Assembly (NCBI GenBank): GCA_963662285.2
Contig: CAXXMV010000008.1
Coordinates: 1,280,001 to 1,344,000 of the forward strand
Origin: a bacterium
GTDB taxonomy: Bacteria > Hinthialibacterota > Hinthialibacteria > Hinthialibacterales > Hinthialibacteraceae
Reading direction: 5' to 3'
DNA: 64,000 nucleotides
Below the pieces are notes generated by a model. The model saw only the letters and a list, made by a program, of their open reading frames with translations, ran no database searches and was not told where the DNA came from. Positions 1 through 8,159 of this stretch are shown here, in pieces. The position numbers and the translations under genes are program-made. Each line of letters begins with the position of its first letter. Positions within the stretch are counted from its first letter, which is position 1.

Positions 1-73
1 GATGCCCTGCAACGATGGATGAAACAGGGTGTCCTCCATCGCCGCGAGGATTTAAAACAAAAAGGGTGAGAAC

Positions 74-496
74 ATGTACGAAAACCTAAAAAAAACCCAA
101 GTAAAAGAAGAATACGTTGCCGATAGGCAAAACGAAAACGCAGACAAGAATTCGAGTGCGCCAATCCAGGTGTATGACGTCAAAAACGTTCGGGCCGCGG
201 TATTCGAGAAAGTTGTTACAACCAAAGAGGGTAACCAGAAGAAATACCTGAACATATCGTTCGGAAAGAGGTATCAGGATAAGGAAGGCAAATGGAAAAC
301 GTCTTATTCGCTCGATCCGGATGAGATTGAACCGGCCATAGGAATTCTGTGTGATGTGAGAAAATTTCTCAAAGGCCTTGAAGACAAACAACCAGCTCCG
401 CCCTCCGGGGCTGGCTCTTTTTCTTTACCGTCACAAGAAGTCGCAACCGTTTATTTCGCGGAAATGAATGCGCCGGAATGGCTGGAGACTATATAA
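74..496 (+). CDS. PC4/Whirly-like putative ssDNA-binding protein
   Basis: VRAAVFEK...YLNISFGKRYQDKEGKWKTSYSLDPDEI matches the small MGE PC4-like pattern; low-complexity acidic/aromatic tail. Confidence 0.6.
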   Translation: MYENLKKTQVKEEYVADRQNENADKNSSAPIQVYDVKNVRAAVFEKVVTTKEGNQKKYLNISFGKRYQDKEGKWKTSYSLDPDEIEPAIGILCDVRKFLKGLEDKQPAPPSGAGSFSLPSQEVATVYFAEMNAPEWLETI

Positions 497-510
497 GTGG
501 GGTGAGATGA

Positions 511-915
511 ATGGAAGCGAAAAATGCGGATATGGGTGAGAGTTACCCGTCATCGGTTCAGGAATGTCAATTTGAACCAGTAGGAGATTGGATTGCGCGT
601 GAGTTTGATTTTATCCCCACACATGCGGTTTCTGTATTGTACGAGCTGGGACGAGATCAGTTAGAACGTCTAGACCGGCCTGATATTAACGAACAACTCA
701 TTATTTTCCCCGCAGGATGGGTCGTAATGTTTCATCCGCGTGAATTGGAAATTGAACGATTTATCAAGCAGAATCCGGCGATTATTGCAGATTGCGGCTT
801 TCTTGTTTATGACTCTGAGTCTTTCGGAATTCTTCTTGGAATGGATAAACCAGGTTTTGTTTTCTATTCAGAATGTTGGGAAAAACTCCAGAGAACACTC
901 TTACGGATAAAATGA
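511..915 (+). CDS. Hypothetical protein of an MGE-associated family
   Basis: RBS GGGGTG; C-terminal GFLVYDSESFGILLGMDKPGFVFYSECW motif recalled from phage/ICE hypotheticals. Confidence 0.6.
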   Translation: MEAKNADMGESYPSSVQECQFEPVGDWIAREFDFIPTHAVSVLYELGRDQLERLDRPDINEQLIIFPAGWVVMFHPRELEIERFIKQNPAIIADCGFLVYDSESFGILLGMDKPGFVFYSECWEKLQRTLLRIK

Positions 916-1004
916 TTTTTTTTATTGAAACATTTGCCAGGTATCACTTAAACGTGGGTGATACCTGACTCAGGTATTAAACAAAAATGAATGAGGTGAA
1001 CTGA

Positions 1005-1586
1005 ATGGGATTGCACACATTCGTCCATACCGGCGGGCGAGAAAAAGAATTTATCGGGAAATGCAAAGCGTGGCTTAAAGAGAGAAATTTGTCTATTCAC
1101 GATGTGAATATTTGGAAAGTTGGCGATAAGGATGGAGATATCTGTTGGGATTATTGCCAATCTCGAATACTGGGAAGCACGATTTCGCATATTCAAGGGA
1201 TTAAAAAACCATTCGCGTATCATTATAACGACGATTTTGATTTTATCCATGATATGACGCCAGAAGAGACAAAAAGAATGGGTGAGAGGGCATTGGCGTT
1301 TATTGAGAAATGTATGAGAGAACTGCCGCGATGCCATAAAATACCGGGCAATTTTTATCTTAAAAATGGCAAACTGAAATATGAATTTGTGAATTCGCAT
1401 AAAATGTTGAACGCCTCTTTGCCTCAAGCGAGATGGTTTATCATGGTGGGGGAATGTGGATTTCCAACGGTATCCAGTTATCATGGGGAATTACCAAAAA
1501 ACGAACAAAAATATCATACCGATACAGAAGCAATACGCGCGATATTTGGGAAAATATGTAATTTTGCCAATTCCGATCTGTCGTGA
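1005..1586 (+). CDS. Hypothetical protein
   Basis: 193 aa ORF with GAGGTG RBS, co-oriented with neighbours. Confidence 0.65.
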   Translation: MGLHTFVHTGGREKEFIGKCKAWLKERNLSIHDVNIWKVGDKDGDICWDYCQSRILGSTISHIQGIKKPFAYHYNDDFDFIHDMTPEETKRMGERALAFIEKCMRELPRCHKIPGNFYLKNGKLKYEFVNSHKMLNASLPQARWFIMVGECGFPTVSSYHGELPKNEQKYHTDTEAIRAIFGKICNFANSDLS

Positions 1587-1723
1587 TGATTTCATTGGAA
1601 TATGCAGATGATCAAAAGATTTCGTTTTAAGAGAGACATAATCCAATTAAGAGTTACACCTTCCGGAATTAAACGGCAGTTCAGTGGACGGATGGCTAAT
1701 CACACCAACAATACAAAAAAAGA

Positions 1724-1760
1724 TGGCTGGAACGAAATAATCCGTCCCAGCCTTTTTTAT
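1724..1760. terminator. Bidirectional intrinsic terminator
   Basis: GGCTGG-AACG...CGT-CCCAGCC stem with an upstream A-run and downstream T-run, between convergent genes. Confidence 0.6.
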
Positions 1761-1777
1761 TGATCTGCAATTGCGCG

Positions 1778-2299
1778 TTAACTTAATTTAATCTGGAATA
1801 TCTGGGAAAATTCCTCTTTGTTTTTTTCTTTTTTCGGTTTTTTAGACCTTTCGTGAAGCATTTGAAGCGCGACTGATGGGGGCAGATTTTCTTCTAAAAC
1901 AAGAACGATCGGAATGATATGGGTTTCGGCGAATACGAGACTTCCATAAATCGTCTCATGAATCATCTTTTCAGTAATTTCTCCATCAAAGGCATTGCAT
2001 AAGGAGCGATATAGTATGTTTCCATTGTCAAAATCGAATTCAAAGGTACCGTGAATGTTCCCTCGATTCGCCCGTGTGACTAATTCAATTATTACCAAGT
2101 ATTTATCAACTTGCGTGGACACAGGAAAAAGGGTATAGAAACACAACCGGTTCTTGATTTCATCGATATACGCAATACAAATCCACGTGAAAGAATCATG
2201 ATTGAACATCATTTCCAATCCATTCTCACGCTCCATTATCCTCGCTTTTGGATCAATTCCTTTAATATAGTCGGCTACGGCATTAGTGAGTTTATTCAT
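1778..2299 (-). CDS. YbjN-domain protein (T3SS chaperone-like fold)
   Basis: ELVTRANRGNIHGTFEFDFDNGNILYR signature; start moved to the ATG after a GGAGG RBS. Confidence 0.75.
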   Translation of the reverse strand: MNKLTNAVADYIKGIDPKARIMERENGLEMMFNHDSFTWICIAYIDEIKNRLCFYTLFPVSTQVDKYLVIIELVTRANRGNIHGTFEFDFDNGNILYRSLCNAFDGEITEKMIHETIYGSLVFAETHIIPIVLVLEENLPPSVALQMLHERSKKPKKEKNKEEFSQIFQIKLS

Positions 2300-2544
2300 T
2301 GGAATTCCTCCTTTTTCAATTTCAGTCAATAATACAGATAGACCTATTTGGAGCGTTTTTATGTTTACGATGCGATTTAATTATAAAAAAAATGGATTTC
2401 AATCCGTTTTGCTATCATCTAAGTACTATTTCATGGTGGGGAGTGTGGATTTTCATCTGTAATTAACATGAAGATATACAGTTTCTCCTATTCCATTCTG
2501 TTGTAAGATGCTTTATAAACTCATTTTAGGAGAAGAATGCTGCA

Positions 2545-2865
2545 ATGAAGCGTATCACCATCCAGAATCAAACGGCCAATTCTTTGGGTTGGCAATATTC
2601 TATAAGTGTCGAGAACGGCGGCGATACCGTTCTCTATACGATCAATCTCGATCAGGATTACTATCAGCGTCTTACGCATGGAAAGATCGAATCGTCTGCA
2701 TTGGCAAGATTTTCTGTAGAATTTCTGATACGAAAGAACCGTATTGGTGCGTTTTCGAAAGCCATCAATATTCGGGCGATTGCAGAATTGCTTCCTGAAT
2801 TTGAACGTGAAATACAGGCGGATTTGAAACGGACGTGCGACAATGAATCACACAATCGATCATAG
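2545..2865 (+). CDS. Conserved hypothetical protein
   Basis: AGGAG RBS; SVEFLI...LLPEFERE pattern of a small DUF-like family. Confidence 0.65.
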   Translation: MKRITIQNQTANSLGWQYSISVENGGDTVLYTINLDQDYYQRLTHGKIESSALARFSVEFLIRKNRIGAFSKAINIRAIAELLPEFEREIQADLKRTCDNESHNRS

Positions 2866-3562
2866 CAAGATGCTAGGCCGCTACATCGAATTGCGAGATA
2901 TACGCGATAGGCTTAGACAGGAAATTCTTGAAACAGTGCCTCATAGCGTTCTTCAAGAAATAGGAAAGTCTTTGGGATTATACAAGCGGAATCGAAAAAA
3001 GAAGCATTTTGAAGGCCACAAACGAGAAATTGAGAGAAAATTTGTATTTGATACCGGGTCAGAAGGCATCTTATTAACGGATTACACGATCCATAATTGT
3101 TATCGAAACAGAGTGAGTATTGTCGAAGATTTTTTGAATGAGTGCGCCTATGCGGATAATTCTGATGAGCGGATTTTACTGAAAGTTTTGGTCGAAGCGC
3201 GTTATACGATTGTCAAAGTCATGGGTATTACGAAAGGCATCGGTTTATTCGTTGAAGATTTTGAGGCCAATCAATTCTTCCTGATGGATATTGGATTGAG
3301 CAAATGCGTTTCCAAAGGCAATTTTTTAGCGACTCGAATTATTTCTTTGGATTCGATGCAAATGACGACGGGAGCGGCGCTCCCGTTTTTTGACCAAGAA
3401 AGTTTAGACAAGGTTTTCAAGATTTATGAGACCTATCTTGACGATTTTACTTTAGATAAAATCACTCAATTATCGCCTACAACTAAAAGCAAAATTGAAA
3501 GACGAATTATTCTTTTAGGCCTTCAGAATGGCGCAGTAAATTTTATAACAAGCCAATATTGA
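2843..3562 (+). CDS. Hypothetical protein
   Basis: 239 aa ORF overlapping the previous gene; followed by a hairpin at ~3595-3632. Confidence 0.7.
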   Translation: MNHTIDHSKMLGRYIELRDIRDRLRQEILETVPHSVLQEIGKSLGLYKRNRKKKHFEGHKREIERKFVFDTGSEGILLTDYTIHNCYRNRVSIVEDFLNECAYADNSDERILLKVLVEARYTIVKVMGITKGIGLFVEDFEANQFFLMDIGLSKCVSKGNFLATRIISLDSMQMTTGAALPFFDQESLDKVFKIYETYLDDFTLDKITQLSPTTKSKIERRIILLGLQNGAVNFITSQY

Positions 3563-3772
3563 CTCAAGGATGTTTTGTTCTTATCGAAAAAAATGTGCGG
3601 TTGTCTTTCGTGATGAAGACACCCGCACGTCTTTAGAGGTGATATGATATGGACAAAATAAAGGAACCAATAGACCGTTTCAGACCCGAACCGGACGATA
3701 GGGACCGGATCATGATAGAGATAAGTGATCGCGATCATTTCAGAGCGGCGATGGAAGCCGAACTTGGACCAA

Positions 3773-5158
3773 TCAACTAATCCTGTGATTCAATGCATCA
3801 GTACGACTGATATTCGCAGTTGTAGAAGCGATAAAAGCATATAAACCGCATGCAAAAGCGACCAACTTAAAAGGTACTCTTTCCAGATAATCTTGGATTG
3901 ACACGATCGCTACATTTAGTCCACACGATTGAAACTCTTCTTCAAATTTAACTGCTTGCTCCTCTCCAACCGTATAGAGAATAGGCATACCAATTTCCAT
4001 CAGAATATGATCAATGACATCAATTCCTATTTCTTTTCTCATGGCCGATAACATAGAATAAGTGAGTGGAAAAGGACAAGAAATGGATTCCAAATGTTGT
4101 ATCATTGAAATTTGATCAGACAACGTACAATCACAAGTCTCGTTGTTATCTCGGATGATAAGCGTAAGTTTGTCTGAATCGGCAATCATTTCTGTTAATG
4201 CCATGGATAATATTCTTGAACGATAGGAACGATAAAGTTCAAAAATATCAGACAAACTAAGATATACCAGCTGATAAATTAAAGACTCGGGTAGATAAAA
4301 GACTGGGGTCATTACTGTCGGTGTTTCGGATATGGATACATCCTCAAGACATTCTCCTGGAATTATTAGACCGCCCCTTACAGCTAGAAACTTTAACCGG
4401 AACGCCGATATTAGTTCAAAAGGCAGACCTGTTTTCCACATCGCTTTCCGCGCTAACAATCGTTGCTCATTGAATTCTTCTGGCATGTAATAACACGCTC
4501 CGGCGCCGATTCCGATATGAATATCGGCTAATCCTCTGGCTCGAAAAATTTTAGCGATTTCTCTGAAAACGTGTCTCGTAAATTCCACACAGTTGGTTTT
4601 CTTCTTCAATTCAACTGGATGAGATGTTTCACTAAGCAATTCTGAGTAAAAATCCTCGCTGTTCCATCGCAAAATATTTTCAGAACCAATCCCCCAGAAA
4701 ATACTACTCATCAACATGTTGGAGATGAGTAACCTTAAGGGGAATTCAAGCATGGCGTTTTCGAATTGCGGATGCAATTCTTTCACATACTCGATCAACG
4801 CTTTAATGAGTGTGAGTTCAGAGAACGTTGGGCACCAATTTACAGGATCATAAAGATATGGAGATAGTATGGCGTCAAGGATAAGGGGCCAAATCTTAAT
4901 GTTATCTTGCTCTCTAGAAATATCTGTAAGAACAACAAGCGTTTTGTATGGAATCGATTTCTGATGACTATACCAATCAAGAATCTCATATATATGAGTA
5001 GTAAGATCATATGCTTTCAATTCATTATAATCTTTCCGGGATATTGATTTCTTTATCGATAATTTCTTCGCTATCCTCGCGAGAGTGAATTTAATTGGGA
5101 TTTGATGAATGTTTTTCTGTTGCAGCATGATTTTCCTCCTGTTTTTTTTGCTTGTCAT
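3773..5158 (-). CDS. Hypothetical protein
   Basis: 461 aa ORF; no family recognised; start uncertain (5158 or 5128). Confidence 0.75.
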   Translation of the reverse strand: MTSKKNRRKIMLQQKNIHQIPIKFTLARIAKKLSIKKSISRKDYNELKAYDLTTHIYEILDWYSHQKSIPYKTLVVLTDISREQDNIKIWPLILDAILSPYLYDPVNWCPTFSELTLIKALIEYVKELHPQFENAMLEFPLRLLISNMLMSSIFWGIGSENILRWNSEDFYSELLSETSHPVELKKKTNCVEFTRHVFREIAKIFRARGLADIHIGIGAGACYYMPEEFNEQRLLARKAMWKTGLPFELISAFRLKFLAVRGGLIIPGECLEDVSISETPTVMTPVFYLPESLIYQLVYLSLSDIFELYRSYRSRILSMALTEMIADSDKLTLIIRDNNETCDCTLSDQISMIQHLESISCPFPLTYSMLSAMRKEIGIDVIDHILMEIGMPILYTVGEEQAVKFEEEFQSCGLNVAIVSIQDYLERVPFKLVAFACGLYAFIASTTANISRTDALNHRIS

Positions 5159-5219
5159 GTCATACTGTTCATCGTTCCATCATTAAGGGAACTAGGAATC
5201 CTTCCAAAATGAAAAACAA

Positions 5220-5684
5220 TTATTGTTTTTCACCGTTAATTTCCAGAATTTTCTTGATGAGGCATCCCTTTACAATATCCGGTTGGGGTTCATCAAATAA
5301 TTCATTTTCACATTCGTATTTGATCCCGAATTTTGTTTCTGCCATCACTTTTAATTTGCTCGGTAGTTCGATATCTAGCAATTGCTCAGCCAGATCGCCT
5401 TCCGCATAAAAATCACAGTTAAAAGAACTTCTCCAAGAATATAATCTGACTGTTTCTCCAATACGTAGACCAATCGCTTGGCAATCTTTTTCATTGGCGC
5501 TAACAAATTCTGATGACAATTCAAATTCACAGGTGAAATCGATATCTTCCATTCTTTTAGGAATTTTCTTGAAACGTTCAATAAACTTTTCTAATTCCTT
5601 ATCATCAAAATGTTTTGATTCATTCTTATTTAACTTTTTTGTTGTTGTGGTTTTTCTTGACATGATTTTTTCCTCACATTCCAT
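5220..5684 (-). CDS. Hypothetical protein
   Basis: 154 aa ORF; likely start at the second ATG (MSRK) after GAGG. Confidence 0.65.
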   Translation of the reverse strand: MECEEKIMSRKTTTTKKLNKNESKHFDDKELEKFIERFKKIPKRMEDIDFTCEFELSSEFVSANEKDCQAIGLRIGETVRLYSWRSSFNCDFYAEGDLAEQLLDIELPSKLKVMAETKFGIKYECENELFDEPQPDIVKGCLIKKILEINGEKQ

Positions 5685-5878
5685 AGTTTCAGATTACGTT
5701 TAATACGCTCATAAATTGGAGATAGATATTGTTTAGTTATTCATTGAATTTAATTACAAAAATACATAATTTTGTGTGGTATTTTTGCCGCAAACAGGAA
5801 CAAGCCCAGTTATATTTATGTGGTGGATTCATTCATTAGTAACACTAATAACGCTATTTTTGATTTTAACTTGATTCC

Positions 5879-5914
5879 CATGGGGCGGTTTTAACCCTGG
5901 AAAACCGCTCCATG
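5879..5914 (+). promoter_or_regulatory. Stem-loop upstream of PC4-like gene
   Basis: CATGGGGCGGTTTT-AACCCTGG-AAAACCGCTCCATG, 14-bp stem with one G-T pair. Confidence 0.6.
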
Positions 5915-5941
5915 AGTCGGAAAAAGGAGGTTAAAAAGAAA

Positions 5942-6265
5942 ATGAACAATCGACATGAACCGGTATACAGCAAAAAATCTGGCCGATTTCAGGTCAGTGT
6001 ATGGAAGAATAAAAAGGTTATTCGGAGTGCGCGCTATCATGACACCTACTTTGTGAACGATAATAGGCGTTGCATTCAATTCAATCGATACAATCAGCAC
6101 GCAGGAATGTGGGACCAGCAGAAAATTTTTTGCCGGGAGAAAGATGTTTTTAATCTTGCGCAATTGATTGGTCCGCTTTGCGGAATAGAATCTTCGCGCG
6201 CATCCAAGAAGGTTTTTGATCGGCTCAAGTACGACCAAAGCCTGGATTTTTTTATTGATAATTAA
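5942..6265 (+). CDS. PC4-like putative ssDNA-binding protein, paralog 2
   Basis: AGGAGG RBS; PVYSKKSGRFQVSVWK...CIQFNRYN...W..Q.IFC; clear paralog of 6936..7211. Confidence 0.6.
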   Translation: MNNRHEPVYSKKSGRFQVSVWKNKKVIRSARYHDTYFVNDNRRCIQFNRYNQHAGMWDQQKIFCREKDVFNLAQLIGPLCGIESSRASKKVFDRLKYDQSLDFFIDN

Positions 6266-6328
6266 TCATCCTCTCACTGGTAGTTCTCAATAGAAGAGAG
6301 AACCACCAATGAGCGTGTTATCTGGAGC

Positions 6329-6724
6329 GTGATGAAAATGAAACCAACCTTAGAGCACTATGTGACGCAAACACCAATGAAGAAATATCTGTCAGACAAT
6401 TTCCACACAGAAGAAAAACAATTTCCATCTCCTGCTATAGGTTATAAAATATTTACTCAGCACAAAAGAGAATTTGCCTCTAGTCCACTCGAACAGAGAA
6501 CATCTCAACGCGGAAAAGATTTCCTAAAATTAAGGCATTGCGCTTTGCTCCATAAATTTCTTGTTAAAATATTAACGGAGCATCTTCAAGAGAAAATGAT
6601 CGGAGAGCCCGATCAAATAAATTTTGAAAACATAATTTTTGATCTGCATATAGCCAAAAGAGGTCTTAAAATAATTGAGCGATTATATCGTGAGTTGGGA
6701 TTGCCGATCGAGAATGAGAAATAA
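6329..6724 (+). CDS. Hypothetical protein (helical C-terminus)
   Basis: ORF with GGAG RBS; weak resemblance to 10962..11228. Confidence 0.55.
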   Translation: MMKMKPTLEHYVTQTPMKKYLSDNFHTEEKQFPSPAIGYKIFTQHKREFASSPLEQRTSQRGKDFLKLRHCALLHKFLVKILTEHLQEKMIGEPDQINFENIIFDLHIAKRGLKIIERLYRELGLPIENEK

Positions 6725-6870
6725 TTATCTTAAGGTAATATTTTAAATATTAAAATTATTTCTGTTTTGTCGAATTTTTCTCATCTTTTTTCACTTTTCA
6801 TTTTTTTATGAAATCGCTTCATGTTCTTTGTGTGGTTGTTTTGATTTTTTTCTCGTAGGTTTCCCTCTTA

Positions 6871-6917
6871 TCACCGTTTTGGGGCGGAGTTAACGCGTGA
6901 ACTCGCCCAAAAGGCGA
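6871..6917 (+). promoter_or_regulatory. Stem-loop upstream of PC4-like gene
   Basis: TTTTGGGGCGGAGTT-AACGCGTG-AACTCGCCCAAAA; related to the 5879-5914 hairpin. Confidence 0.55.
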
Positions 6918-6935
6918 ATAGCGAGGTGAAACCAA

Positions 6936-7211
6936 ATGGAAAAAAACAACAAAAAACAACCCATATACAAAGACAAAGCAGGCCGATTTAAGATTAGCGT
7001 CTGGAAAAGTGAACGCGCTATTGACGATAAAAATTTTCTTATGAGTAAAGTCGTCGATACCTCAAAGGCATGTATTCAATACAGCCAGTACAATAAAAAC
7101 ACCAATTCGTGGCAAACCCAACAAATCTGGTGCTTCTGCAACGACGTACACAACTTGGTCAAACTGCTTGATCGAATCGGCGAGGGCGAGGAATCGCCCG
7201 CCCTCAATTAG
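6936..7211 (+). CDS. PC4-like putative ssDNA-binding protein, paralog 3
   Basis: GAGGTG RBS; PIYKDKAGRFKISVWK...CIQYSQYN...WQTQQIWC. Confidence 0.6.
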   Translation: MEKNNKKQPIYKDKAGRFKISVWKSERAIDDKNFLMSKVVDTSKACIQYSQYNKNTNSWQTQQIWCFCNDVHNLVKLLDRIGEGEESPALN

Positions 7212-7374
7212 AGGAATTTTCCTCTATACCACGAAAAGAGCCTTCCTCTGACCGCCGGATAAAACTGTTTAGTAAATTTATCACATATTTTCATTCTTTT
7301 TCAGATTCCGGTGTCTCTCATATTTATGAGAGAGCCACCGCAAAGAGTGGTTTGTTGTGAGGTGAATATGAAAA

Positions 7375-7608
7375 ATGAAAAAGAAAGCATACGAGATACA
7401 AAAAGAGAACACACCACGTTTTACCCGGCAATGCGTATGTGGAAGCATTTTGGAGGTTGCCTATAATCCAGATTTGAACATTACATTCTGGAATTGTTTT
7501 AACTGTTTTCCGATGTATGAAAGAGTATATGGCGAACAGAGAAAAGAATTTGAGGATGGGTTTTATCGCTCTATGGGAAAAAATAATATTGAATGTTTTC
7601 GGATATAG
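7375..7608 (+). CDS. Small zinc-ribbon protein
   Basis: CxC...CxxC (CVCG, CFNC); GAGGTG RBS. Confidence 0.55.
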   Translation: MKKKAYEIQKENTPRFTRQCVCGSILEVAYNPDLNITFWNCFNCFPMYERVYGEQRKEFEDGFYRSMGKNNIECFRI

Positions 7609-7899
7609 ACAACATCATTTTCTTTTTGCCACATAAGCCATCCGGATGTTTTCCCCCACCTTCGCTCCTCCACATCTCCAGGATATCAGGATTGGCTTGT
7701 GTTGGCATTTTTTTTCTTTTTTTGTCTTCTTCGCTGTTTCTTCGATCAAGCCCTTATTCAGTATTCACTCGGCTTTTTTGTTTGGCCGTCGATGCGTAAT
7801 GGTTACGTAGTCTTCATAAATGTTCGCTCCTTCCGCCCCCGTTTTTCGTTCGTCTTTCCGAGTGGAGACGTCCGAAACGTTTCCGGAGGAGCGAAAAAA

Positions 7900-8064
7900 A
7901 TGAATAACGACTACGAAACCATATCAAAATACGACGACATATCTATTGTCGGTAGCCTCGATATGTATTCTAATGATTTGGGGCTTGATGAGATTGAACA
8001 GCAGCGCAGTCTTGAGCGCGCAAGCAGGCCTGAGTTAGACCCACTTTTTCTGGGTCTACCATAA
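7900..8064 (+). CDS. Acidic microprotein (54 aa), paralog of 10612..10881
   Basis: GGAGGA RBS at 7885-7890; KYDDI...LGLDEIEQQRSLERA...EL. Confidence 0.65.
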   Translation: MNNDYETISKYDDISIVGSLDMYSNDLGLDEIEQQRSLERASRPELDPLFLGLP

Positions 8065-8159
8065 AAGGTATCTTTTTATTTTTTTCCATACATCGTGTGG
8101 ACCTCGTCTTGCATTCGAAGCATCGAATGTCTGATGGTCAAGAACGATTCTCTCAGAAC

